Below are positions 19,913 to 29,346 of a stretch of DNA of 64,000 nucleotides, piece after piece. Both the position numbers and the translations under genes were made by a program. Location of the stretch: contig CAUVMS010000002.1 of the NCBI GenBank assembly GCA_963552815.1, positions 20 through 64,019 of the forward strand. The letters are read 5' to 3'. Source of the stretch: an uncultured Actinomyces sp. GTDB taxonomy: Bacteria; Actinomycetota; Actinomycetes; Actinomycetales; Actinomycetaceae. Positions within the stretch are counted from its first letter, which is position 1; each line of letters opens with the position of its first letter. The notes below the pieces were generated by a model. It ran no database searches and was not told the origin of the DNA. It saw only the letters and a list, made by a program, of their open reading frames with translations.

Positions 19913-21064
19913 TCACCGCCCGGCCAGGTCCCGGTACCGGTGAGCGAGCCGGTCGGCCTCGCGGGTGATATCGAAGCCTGCAATGCGCGTCAGGGTTGCG
20001 CCCTGGACCCTGCGTCCCAGGTCCCGTCCCTGTTCAATCGCCTGTGCCACCCGGGTGGCCCACCGACTCAGCGGAGCCTCCAACGGCAGGAACTCGCAGT
20101 CCCCGATCGCGACCTCGTCGGGCACGCGGTCCGAGCAGATCATGGGCAGCCCCGCGCACTGGGCCTCGACCCCCACCATGGGCAGCCCCTCGAAAAATGA
20201 GGGCAGGACCAGCGCGTCCATGGCCTGGTAGAGGTCAGGAACGTCCTTACGGTCCCCCAGGAACAGGACGTAGTCGGCCAGTCCTCCCTCGGCCGCGCGC
20301 CCCTCGATCCCCGGACGCAGGGCCCCGTCTCCGATGAGCACGAGTCGCGCCCCGGGTCTGAAACGGAGCAGCTCACCGAAAACGTCCAGGAGGAATCGGT
20401 GATTCTTCTCCTCGCTGAAGCGCCCCACGTGCCCCACGACTGGGCCGTCCCCCAGACCGAGCGCACGCCGGGTCTTGACGCGGACCTGGTGATCGAAACA
20501 GTAGGTGCCCACGTCGATAGCGTTGGGAAGCACCTCGAAACGGCTTCGGCGGAACATGAACTCACCGGCCGCGTGCGAGCAGGCCATGCGAACATCCGAG
20601 TAGGCGCCGATATTGCGGCAGACCAGCCAGTTGCGCATGCTCTTGAGACGGGAGTCGGAGTAGGCAGTCGAGTGGGAGTGGACGGCAAAGGAGCGCACGC
20701 CACCCCGATGCGCCACCGGATAGAGAAAGCGCGACAGGACGGGGTCATGGAGGTGCGCCACGGGGTACTGACCCATGTGCCGGTCCAGCAGCTGCCCCAG
20801 AGCCGAGCGGATCCGCCCGATCCTGCCGCGGCCGTTCATGACGTAGCAGCGCCCGCCCAGTGACTCGATCTCCGCACGGTGGGTCTCATCAGGTGTTGCG
20901 TAGCAGAAGAAGTCGAAGACGACCTGGGAGCGGTCCACGTGCCTGAAGTAGTTCATGAGCACGCTCATGACTCCAGAGCGCCGAGAGATTGATGAGTTGA
21001 TCTGCAGGACCCGCAGGGGCCCGCCCCCGGACTCCTGCGGGATCGGTACCTGTTCCTGGCTCAC
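19913..21064 (-). CDS. GT4-type (GT-B) glycosyltransferase
   Basis: HVGRFSEEKNH and PSFFEGLPMVGVEAQ motifs. Confidence 0.9.
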   Translation of the reverse strand: MSQEQVPIPQESGGGPLRVLQINSSISRRSGVMSVLMNYFRHVDRSQVVFDFFCYATPDETHRAEIESLGGRCYVMNGRGRIGRIRSALGQLLDRHMGQYPVAHLHDPVLSRFLYPVAHRGGVRSFAVHSHSTAYSDSRLKSMRNWLVCRNIGAYSDVRMACSHAAGEFMFRRSRFEVLPNAIDVGTYCFDHQVRVKTRRALGLGDGPVVGHVGRFSEEKNHRFLLDVFGELLRFRPGARLVLIGDGALRPGIEGRAAEGGLADYVLFLGDRKDVPDLYQAMDALVLPSFFEGLPMVGVEAQCAGLPMICSDRVPDEVAIGDCEFLPLEAPLSRWATRVAQAIEQGRDLGRRVQGATLTRIAGFDITREADRLAHRYRDLAGR

Positions 21065-21128
21065 TGACAGTCTCCCTCCATTGACCCCGGCACGGCTGGG
21101 GCTCTGATTATCCTGTTAACGCTTTTCC

Positions 21129-21911
21129 TCATTTCACCTTGAGGGTCTTGATGAGGACCCACACGCCGATGTGGAAGACGGAGCGGGGGACGCTGAGATG
21201 CTCGATATCGCGGTAAAGCGTCCAGTGGTACTTGATCAGGCTCCGCTTGTTCGCGGACACCGACCCCGAGCGGAGCCGGTACCTCATGAGGACCACCGGC
21301 ATGCCCCAGATGTAGCGCTCGGTGCGGAGCATGCGCAGCCACAGGGCATCGTCATTGCGTTTCCTGATATTGGGTACCTCGAACTTCCCCAGGCGCGCCA
21401 CGTCGTACATGACCGTCGAGTTGCCGACCGGGCAGTCCAGAAGCAGCCGGTTGTAGCTGGTCCTAGCCGGACTGCGCACGATCTTGCCGGTGGGCACGCC
21501 CTGCTCGTCGATCTGGGCGTAGGCGGTGCAGGACATGGCGGCGCCGCGCGAGGTCATGAAGTCGATCTGGCGCCTGAGCTTGTCAGGGTGCCACAGGTCG
21601 TCGGAGTCGAGAAAGGCCATGTAACGCCCCTGCGCCAACTCCATCGCCCGGTTGCGAGCCATGGCGGCACCGCTATTGGTCTCCAAGCGAACGTAGCGGA
21701 TGCGTGGGTCACTCTTCGCCAGGCTCGCCACCACCTCGGCGGTGTCATCGGTCGAGCAGTCGTCCACGACGAGCAGCTCCCAGTGGGAATAGGTCTGCGC
21801 CTGAACCGTGGCAATGGTCTCGCCGATGAAGGCACCGCAGTTGTACGTCGGCATGATGATCGATACCAGATCAGAGTCCGGTGCACGGTCCTGCTCAGCG
21901 TCTGCCGTCAT
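21129..21911 (-). CDS. GT2 glycosyltransferase (TuaG-like)
   Basis: VSIIMPTYN, VVDDCSTD, ARN and FLDSDDLW motifs. Confidence 0.92.
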   Translation of the reverse strand: MTADAEQDRAPDSDLVSIIMPTYNCGAFIGETIATVQAQTYSHWELLVVDDCSTDDTAEVVASLAKSDPRIRYVRLETNSGAAMARNRAMELAQGRYMAFLDSDDLWHPDKLRRQIDFMTSRGAAMSCTAYAQIDEQGVPTGKIVRSPARTSYNRLLLDCPVGNSTVMYDVARLGKFEVPNIRKRNDDALWLRMLRTERYIWGMPVVLMRYRLRSGSVSANKRSLIKYHWTLYRDIEHLSVPRSVFHIGVWVLIKTLKVK

Positions 21912-21942
21912 GACTGCTCCTCACGTGTCCTCGTTTCGCGTC

Positions 21943-22629
21943 TCATGTGGCGACCGCCAAGACCGTCCGAAAAGCGATCCGCAGGTCTCGACCGATGCTG
22001 AAGTCCCGGACATCGCGCAGATTGAGGCGCATCTTGGCCGGCAGGACCTGCGTGACGTACGCGTCCTGGCCGGGTGGGGCGGCTGCCAGGATCTGAGCCT
22101 CGTCCTTGAACTCGATGGAGGCAGTGGAGGTGACCCCTGCTGGCAGCAGCAACGTGGCCCGCATCTGCGGGGTGTACTGGCGGACGTAGTCGGGAACCTC
22201 CGGCCGGGTACCCACGAAGCTCATGGTGCCGCGCAGGATGTCGATGAGCTGGCTGATCTCATCGAGGCGGTACCGGCGAAGGACGGCGCCGACCCGGGTG
22301 ACCCGAGGGTCGTCCCCTCGGGTGATCTGGTCACCCGGGACGTCCGGCCGGTGCGTCATCGTGCGGAACTTGACGATCCGGAACTCGCGCCCGAACTGGG
22401 TGACCCGCCGCTGGCGGAAGAACACGGGCCCGGGAGAGTCGAGCTTGATGAGGACCGCCAGGATGATGAACAGCCACCCCAGGAACACGAACAGAACCGC
22501 CGCTCCGACGACGTCGAGCAGGCGCTTGAGCCGCAGCTGCAGTCCGCGACGGGACAGCGCCTCGTAGTAGGGGCGCACTTCCTCGGTCTGCAGGGCTGGG
22601 GGCAGGTCCTCCCAGGGAGGCATCCTCAC
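21943..22629 (-). CDS. Initiating undecaprenyl-phosphate sugar-1-phosphate transferase (AATGal-transferase-like)
   Basis: KRLLD, KFRTM, RLDE..QL and MSFVGTRPE motifs; WEDLP...EV..YY N-terminus. Confidence 0.9.
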   Translation of the reverse strand: MRMPPWEDLPPALQTEEVRPYYEALSRRGLQLRLKRLLDVVGAAVLFVFLGWLFIILAVLIKLDSPGPVFFRQRRVTQFGREFRIVKFRTMTHRPDVPGDQITRGDDPRVTRVGAVLRRYRLDEISQLIDILRGTMSFVGTRPEVPDYVRQYTPQMRATLLLPAGVTSTASIEFKDEAQILAAAPPGQDAYVTQVLPAKMRLNLRDVRDFSIGRDLRIAFRTVLAVAT

Positions 22630-23837
22630 GATTGGCCCACTGCCGCGAGCGCCTCGAGAGCGCAGCTGATGACGTAGTCGACCTGCTCGTCGGTCAATGA
22701 GGTGTGCAGAGGCAGGCTCACCTCATTGGCGTAGAGGGTGTAGGCCCGAGGGAAGTCCTCAATGGCAAAACCGAGGTCCCGGTAGGCGGTCAGCAGGGGC
22801 AGCGGCTTGTAGTGGACGTTGCAGGACACGTCCGCACCCGCCATGCGCTCGATGAACTCGTTGCGCTCCTCCTCATCCAGGTCCGGCAGGTTCGCCAGGT
22901 AGAGGTGCCCGGAGGAGACGATCCCGTCCTCGTAGTGCCGCAGCGACGTCACGCCCACCGGCGCCAGGGCCTGGTCGTAGCGGGTGATGATCTCACGCCG
23001 GCGCTCCAGCATCGAGTCGTAGCGGGACATCTGCGCCAGGCCGATCGCGGCGCACACGTCGGTCATGTTGCACTTGTAGGCGGGACTGACGACGTCGTAC
23101 TCCCACGCCCCCAGACGGGTCTTGGACAGGGCGTCCTTGCTCTGCCCGTGAAGGGACAGCAGCATGTACTGGCGGTAGAGCTCCTCGTCCAGTCCTAGGT
23201 CCGGTCTCCAGGTGACCGCACCGCCCTCTGCGGTGGTCAGATTCTTCACGGCGTGGAAGCTGAAGGTCGTGAAGTCGGCGGCGCTGCCCGACGGCGTTCC
23301 GTCGCGCTGGGCACCAAAGCTGTGAGCGCCGTCGGCGACCAGCGCGATGCGCCCCAGCGTCTCCTGAACCGGGCCGCTTGCGGCGAAGCGGTGGCGTTGG
23401 CTGTCGACGACCTCGCGCAATCCCGCGTAGTCGCACATGCGCCCACCGATGTCGACCGGGATGACGGCCTTGGTCCGCGGTGTGATGGCAGCCGCCAGGA
23501 CGTTGGGGTCCAGCCCGTAGCCGCCGTCGGCCTCGCCGGCGTCGACCAGGACCAGGGTGGCGCCCACGTGCACGACGGGCGACGCCGAGGCCGTGTAGGT
23601 GTAGGCGGGAACGATCACCTCGTCACCGGGACCGATGCCCAGCACCCGCAGGGTCAGCTCCAGCGAGGCCGTTGCGGAGTTCAGGCAGGCCGCCCGAGTG
23701 GTGCCGCAACGCTCCGCGACCCGCTTCTCCAGGCTCTTCGTCCGCGGCCCCGTGGTGATCCAGCCCGAACGCAGCGCGTCCACCACTTCCTGGCACTCGG
23801 CATCGGTGATGTCTGGGGGCGAGAAATCGACACGCAT
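22626..23837 (-). CDS. DegT/DnrJ family nucleotide-sugar 4-aminotransferase
   Basis: FSPPDIT...SGWITTGP, DGAHSFG and FSFHAVKNLTTAEGG (PLP lysine) motifs. Confidence 0.93.
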   Translation of the reverse strand: MRVDFSPPDITDAECQEVVDALRSGWITTGPRTKSLEKRVAERCGTTRAACLNSATASLELTLRVLGIGPGDEVIVPAYTYTASASPVVHVGATLVLVDAGEADGGYGLDPNVLAAAITPRTKAVIPVDIGGRMCDYAGLREVVDSQRHRFAASGPVQETLGRIALVADGAHSFGAQRDGTPSGSAADFTTFSFHAVKNLTTAEGGAVTWRPDLGLDEELYRQYMLLSLHGQSKDALSKTRLGAWEYDVVSPAYKCNMTDVCAAIGLAQMSRYDSMLERRREIITRYDQALAPVGVTSLRHYEDGIVSSGHLYLANLPDLDEEERNEFIERMAGADVSCNVHYKPLPLLTAYRDLGFAIEDFPRAYTLYANEVSLPLHTSLTDEQVDYVISCALEALAAVGQS

Positions 23838-25921
23838 CAGCCAGCCTTCCTCATCGTCGGCAACGAACTTGATCCATGATCAAAGCGCGGCTGGTAGGTG
23901 GGAACCGCGCGAGCGAGCTCCCGCTTGATCTCGTCATTTCCTTCGGGAAGGCGATCCTTCAGCCGAGCAATCTTTTCTTCCACCTCCTGCATGGTGGGCG
24001 GAGGCGCGGTGGAGACGAGAATGGACTTGTTCACGGTGGGGCGCAGGTCCTCTCCGTCCATCCGCAGCTCCTCGTACAGCTTCTCCCCCGGTCGAAGCCC
24101 GGTGAACGCCACCTCAACATCCCGTCCGACCCTCAGGCCTGAGAGCTTGATAAGGTTGACGGCCAGGTCGTAGATCCGCACGGGCTGCCCCATCTCCAGG
24201 ATGAAGATCTCTCCGGCACGGGCCATCGAGCCCGCGGTAACGACCAGCTGGGCCGCTTCCGGGATCGTCATGAAGTAGCGGGTCATCTCCCGGTGTGTCA
24301 CGGTCAGAGGCCCGCCCGATCGCAGCTGCCGTTGGAACAGCGGAATGACGGAACCGTGGCTGCCGAGGACGTTGCCGAAGCGCACAGCGGCGAAGACGGT
24401 GCTGCGACTGGCACTGGCCAGGGCCTGGACCTCCAGCTCACACAACCTCTTGGTCGCACCCATCACATTGGTCGGGTTCACGGCCTTGTCGGTGGAGACC
24501 AGGATGAAGTGGCTGCAGCCGAACTCCTCAGACAGACGGCACACCGTCCAGGTGCCCAGCACATTGTTCTCCACCGCCTCGCGGGCATTGTCCTCCATGA
24601 GGGGGACGTGCTTGTGCGCTGCCGCGTGGAAGACGACCTTGGGTAGGTAGCACTCGAAGCAGTCGCGTACGACCCGCTCGTTGGTCACCGAGCCGATGAC
24701 GACCGACAGGGACACCCCCAGCTCGGCGGCCCTGGACTGTATCTCATGGAACAGCTCGTAGGCCGTGTTCTCGTAGACGTCGAAGATGACGATCCGACGT
24801 GGCCGGGCTTCTGTGAGCTGGCGGACCAGCTCGGAGCCGATGGAACCGCCGCCACCGGTCACCAGGACCACTTCTCCGCGCACGTACCCCATGCTCATGG
24901 TGTCGAAGGCGACCTCGTCACGGGAGAGCAGCTCGGAGATCTCCACCTCCCGCAGCGCGATCTTTCCGTCGTCCTGCTGGGCCAGGTCCCGCACGTTCGG
25001 CAGGGTCAGGATTCTCAGCCCCGTCTTCAGGCAGATGGCCAGGATGCGCTTGCGCTCCGAGGCCAGTGCCGAGGGGCAGGCGAGCACGATCTGCTCGACC
25101 CTGCACTGAGCGGCGATTCGGGGGATGTCCTCACAGGAGCCGTAGACCTTGACGCCGTGGACGTGCCGACCGTGCTTGGTCACGTCGTCGTCAACCAGGG
25201 CCACCGGCTGGCCGCACATGTCCTCATCGCACAGACGCATGCGCTTAATGGTCAGTGAACCCGTCTGCCCCGCTCCGACAATGAGTGTGCGGGGGCGATC
25301 GTCGTGCGCTCCTGCTCGCGCGCTGCGCTGCATCTGGGTGCTCCACAGGGCTCGGGCTGCCAGACGCGCCCCGGCGACCATGATGGCCAACAGCGCCCAG
25401 GCCATGACGTAGGAGCGTACCGACAGTCCGCCATCGAAGGCCAGGGAGAACAGCAGGTCCCCGCACACCGAGCCGACGACGGTGGCGTAGAGAATCCGCA
25501 GCGCCTCCGTCATCGACGCGTAGCGCCACAGGCTGTTGTACATCTTGAAGGCGGCGAAGACACCGACGTTGACAACCGCCAGGACCCCCACGGCCAGCAG
25601 ACCACCGGTGGCACCCGTGGCCGTCGCCCACTTCGTGGTCCCCCACGCCGCGCAGTACAGGGCCAGGTACGTGGCCAGGACGTCAACGGCCATCAGGGCG
25701 ATCGGCTCGATCCGGCATACCGGCAGGTTCAGCCACGCCGGGCCGCGAGCAGACTGTTGCAGGGGCATGGTTTCGACCGGCGAGCAGGCACCGGACAAGG
25801 CCCGCTCCTCATGTCCTGCAGGTGCGCGTGGCAACAGCTGCTTCGAATCTGGCTCCCGGTTCCCGGCAGTATCATCGATGCGGCTGGTCACACCGGAGGA
25901 GCCCTGACGCGTTTCAGTCAT
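23837..25921 (-). CDS. Membrane-bound UDP-GlcNAc 4,6-dehydratase (CapD/PglF family)
   Basis: N-terminal TM segments; TGGGGSIGSE, HAAAHKHVPLME, STDKAVNPTNVMGATKR and GLRPGEKLYEEL motifs. Confidence 0.93.
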   Translation of the reverse strand: MTETRQGSSGVTSRIDDTAGNREPDSKQLLPRAPAGHEERALSGACSPVETMPLQQSARGPAWLNLPVCRIEPIALMAVDVLATYLALYCAAWGTTKWATATGATGGLLAVGVLAVVNVGVFAAFKMYNSLWRYASMTEALRILYATVVGSVCGDLLFSLAFDGGLSVRSYVMAWALLAIMVAGARLAARALWSTQMQRSARAGAHDDRPRTLIVGAGQTGSLTIKRMRLCDEDMCGQPVALVDDDVTKHGRHVHGVKVYGSCEDIPRIAAQCRVEQIVLACPSALASERKRILAICLKTGLRILTLPNVRDLAQQDDGKIALREVEISELLSRDEVAFDTMSMGYVRGEVVLVTGGGGSIGSELVRQLTEARPRRIVIFDVYENTAYELFHEIQSRAAELGVSLSVVIGSVTNERVVRDCFECYLPKVVFHAAAHKHVPLMEDNAREAVENNVLGTWTVCRLSEEFGCSHFILVSTDKAVNPTNVMGATKRLCELEVQALASASRSTVFAAVRFGNVLGSHGSVIPLFQRQLRSGGPLTVTHREMTRYFMTIPEAAQLVVTAGSMARAGEIFILEMGQPVRIYDLAVNLIKLSGLRVGRDVEVAFTGLRPGEKLYEELRMDGEDLRPTVNKSILVSTAPPPTMQEVEEKIARLKDRLPEGNDEIKRELARAVPTYQPRFDHGSSSLPTMRKAG

Positions 25922-26583
25922 GGGTCATCACACTCCACCATGCCGGCTGACGAGTAAGGGACCTACCATCTGTGAGTGAGGAACTCTGATCAAAAGACTC
26001 ACGCCGGCAGAAGCGACAGAATTCAAATATCATCAGGGTTTCAATCTGAGGATGAGCGAACCGAACTAACTGATTCGCTGGATGGACTTGAGAATACGAC
26101 TGCCATCACCGAAACAGGCAACAGCAGACCAACAGCATGGCGACCGAAGCACATTCAGCCATCACGGGAACTAGCCGTTTTTACGGCTAGGTGACAATCT
26201 AACACTAGATGCCACCAATTGGAAGATTCCGACACGATTCCGTCGCAATTGTCGTTTATCAACAGACTCGCCGTCGATCAATTGTGTAAAATCACGAATC
26301 AAGCTCAATCAATTGCTTGAAACAACAAGCGAAGCCCTCGGGGACTATTGAGAACGCACAACAAGGCGCGAGACCCTCGCAGCGTTAGCGCAACAATTAC
26401 ACAGCCGCCTTAGTGACGTCATCACATATTCAACATGCTATTCTTCATAACGCGAAAGAATTGAACGTGTTATGCCATCAAAGACGAGGAATGAAAGCCG
26501 GTTGACCACGACATCGCCGGCCCACCAGGACCACCGCAGAGCCTCACTCACCCGAGTATCGGCTGCGACCCCATTAAACGAGA

Positions 26584-27927
26584 CTAGGCAGACACAGTCT
26601 CGGTGGAGACGGCGTTGCTTCGCACGCCCTTGCGCTTACCCCCGGGCTCCGACACGTTGTTGAGCACCACACCAAGCATGCGCCCACCTCCCTGTTCCAC
26701 AGCCAGGGCCGCTTCCCGCAGGTCATCCGCACTGGTACGGCCGGCACGCGCCACGAGAATAACGCCTCCAGCGTGGGCCGCCAGAACAACTCCGTCAGTG
26801 AATCTCAGGACCGGCGGCGCATCGATGACCACCAGGCGGTCCGCTGCCAGCTCGCGCAGCAGGTCGCGCATCATGGGAGCGCCCAGCAGCTCGGAGGGAT
26901 TCGCCGGCGTACGGCCTGCAGGCAGGAGCTCCAAACCCTCCACTGAACCCTTAACCAGGGACTCACCGAGATACGCCGAGCCCGTCAGAACGTCCGCAAG
27001 CCCAGGACTGCCCTGAAGTCCGGCCGTGCTCGGCGCGCGCAGGTCTCCTCCAACCAGGACCACCCGGTGGCCAGACAGAGCCAAAACCCGCGCCAGGCTG
27101 GCGGCAGTCACCGAGGTTTCCTCCTGAGGACCGGCCGAGGTGACGACGATGACTCGTCGACCCCCCTGAGACATGGCGTGGAGCACGTTGGTCCGGGCGA
27201 CGCGCAGCTGCTCCTCCATCTTGATCTCAGCCCCGCGACTCAGCCACCGCAACGACGGAACCCGCGGTAGGGCACCAAGCAAAGGCACCGACAGCGCTTC
27301 ACGGACCTCTTCCGGCTCCCTGAGGCTCTTGTCGAGCAGCTCTTGAACGAGGATCCACACGTAGCCCAGGACGATCCCGGCCAGCATCCCCACCGCCACA
27401 CAGGTCACCAGGGCCGGAGAGCGAGTCGCACTGACCAGCTCCGCCGAGGACAGGAGGATGACCTCCACGGGAGAGTCATCCCCCTCCAGGCCCTTGACCT
27501 CGACGGCGGCCTGACGGACCACCTCGTCAGCCAGGACCTGAGCCTGGTGCGACGACGAAGCGGTAACGGAGACCTGCACCGACACCGTATCGGGGACCCG
27601 CTCCGCCGAGACCGAGGAGGCGAACTCCTCCGCCGTCTCCTCCAGCTTGAGCGAGTCCACGACACGCTGCGCAACCGCAGCCGATGTGAAGACGGGGACC
27701 ACGGCGTCGGCCTTCAAGGCAGCGAGCTGTGCCGCATTGTAATGGGACAGCGTATTCTGCGTCGGATCTCCCTGAGACTTCACGCTCAGATAGGCCTGTG
27801 CCGTTGCCGTATAGGAGCTGGGCGAGGCGAATGCGAACAGCACCGAGGCCAGCACACACACAACCAGCGCCAGAACCAAAGACCCAATCCGTCGACGGGT
27901 CAGATGAAGAAGGTCCTCGAGCGTCAT
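26584..27927 (-). CDS. Chain-length regulator/BY-kinase-like fusion (Wzz + CpsD-like domain) with degenerate kinase motifs
   Basis: Two TM segments; PANPSELL, VIDAPP and LGVVLN motifs; the Walker A region reads TSAGPQEETS. Confidence 0.82.
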   Translation of the reverse strand: MTLEDLLHLTRRRIGSLVLALVVCVLASVLFAFASPSSYTATAQAYLSVKSQGDPTQNTLSHYNAAQLAALKADAVVPVFTSAAVAQRVVDSLKLEETAEEFASSVSAERVPDTVSVQVSVTASSSHQAQVLADEVVRQAAVEVKGLEGDDSPVEVILLSSAELVSATRSPALVTCVAVGMLAGIVLGYVWILVQELLDKSLREPEEVREALSVPLLGALPRVPSLRWLSRGAEIKMEEQLRVARTNVLHAMSQGGRRVIVVTSAGPQEETSVTAASLARVLALSGHRVVLVGGDLRAPSTAGLQGSPGLADVLTGSAYLGESLVKGSVEGLELLPAGRTPANPSELLGAPMMRDLLRELAADRLVVIDAPPVLRFTDGVVLAAHAGGVILVARAGRTSADDLREAALAVEQGGGRMLGVVLNNVSEPGGKRKGVRSNAVSTETVSA

Positions 27928-28171
27928 CTAAGTACCACCAGGCTATAATCGGGGCTGACAGGACAGGCGCCCATCAACATGAAAGATCAACGAAAAGGCG
28001 CCATAATTAACGCCCAAGACAATAACATACCTGAGACCAAGACGCACAAGCGACCGACCGATCCAATGAGGAAGGACTCGCACCATCGACAGCCCCTTGA
28101 GCATTCTTCTCATTGAAGCGACCTAATTTTGTAGAAAATCTACAAACACTCTTTGCTACACCGTTATCCTG

Positions 28172-29119
28172 TCATAGCATGACACCCTTGAAGGACTTCT
28201 TCTCCGGCAGGACGATCCGGTCCCCGAAAAGCCGATCGTAACGCGAAGGAGCAAAGTCAGACAGTCCATCTGCGTCCGTGAAGGTGATCTCGCCGAAGTA
28301 GACGTTTCCATCCACCTCGTAGAAGTCGATACGGGCACAGGCGAACCCCTTTCCGAGCTCGCCGGCCAGCGAGAGCATGGTCTCCAGACCGGCTGGTGCC
28401 GGGATGTCCGGAGCGCGGTCGGCTTCACACGTGTACTCGAAAGGCGCGCGGGTCCAGTCCGGCAGGTAGGTGCCCCGCAGCGCCCGCCCCGGAGGCCTGT
28501 CCACGGTGAAGATGAACTGGACGACGCCGTCGAACACCATGAACTTATAGTCCCGCAGCCCCCCTGAGGCGTCACACAGGAAGGGCTCACACACGATGCG
28601 AGGTTCGCAGTACTCGTAGTGCAGTTCGAAGCCGCCCTTCATCGCCTGGCGCAGGCCAAGCCACTTCCGCAGGCGCCGACGAGCCTCCTCCTCATCGAGA
28701 GTGCTCTTGTCGGGCACGAGGATGTTCCACCCGGAGCCGTGCGTGGCCTTGAGGACGAAGCTGTGCGGAAGGGCATCGAAGTCGATCTCGTAGGGTGAGT
28801 CCCATACGCCCAGGAGGGGAACGAGGCACTTCTCCCCCACTTTGCTAGCAACCCACTGGCGCACCAGGAACTTGTCCGCCAGGCGCCCCTTGAGCGGAGT
28901 GGAGTCATAGAGCTTGAGCCAGTGGATCTTCTCAGTCATGGTACGAGGCTCCTCCACGTGGCAGGGGCGGCCTTTGAACAGCCAGTACCAGTGCTTGAGC
29001 GCAGAACGGTAGTGGACTGGTGACAGCCGGCAGTTGCGACGATAGATCGCTCGCTTCAGCCAGTTCTGAACCGGCGGGGGAAAGATGACCTCTGCGGCAC
29101 CTCTGACACTCATTGTCAA
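28172..29119 (-). CDS. TupA-like ATP-grasp amidoligase
   Basis: TEKIHWLKLY, ADKFLVR, FVLKATHGSG, DYKF and RIDFY...YFGEITF motifs. Confidence 0.88.
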   Translation of the reverse strand: MTMSVRGAAEVIFPPPVQNWLKRAIYRRNCRLSPVHYRSALKHWYWLFKGRPCHVEEPRTMTEKIHWLKLYDSTPLKGRLADKFLVRQWVASKVGEKCLVPLLGVWDSPYEIDFDALPHSFVLKATHGSGWNILVPDKSTLDEEEARRRLRKWLGLRQAMKGGFELHYEYCEPRIVCEPFLCDASGGLRDYKFMVFDGVVQFIFTVDRPPGRALRGTYLPDWTRAPFEYTCEADRAPDIPAPAGLETMLSLAGELGKGFACARIDFYEVDGNVYFGEITFTDADGLSDFAPSRYDRLFGDRIVLPEKKSFKGVML

Positions 29120-29255
29120 TACCTCTTAATTAGGGTGACCGGTAGCCCACCCAGGGAGAGGACGCACGCACCGCCTCTCAGACCGCCGTATCGACGGCCT
29201 AAAAAGTACCGGATAGGGAGATGAAAGAGGCGGCCCTGGGGGAGCAGGAGCGCAC

Positions 29256-29289
29256 CGTTGCCCGGCCAAACCCTGGTGGCCGGGCGACG
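29256..29289 (-). terminator. Hairpin downstream of ileS
   Basis: cgttgcccggcca-N8-tggccgggcgacg. Confidence 0.55.
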
Positions 29290-29346
29290 ACTTTATCCTG
29301 CATTACATCAAGTGGATTTGTAAAGTATTCGACTGGGAGTGTCGAA

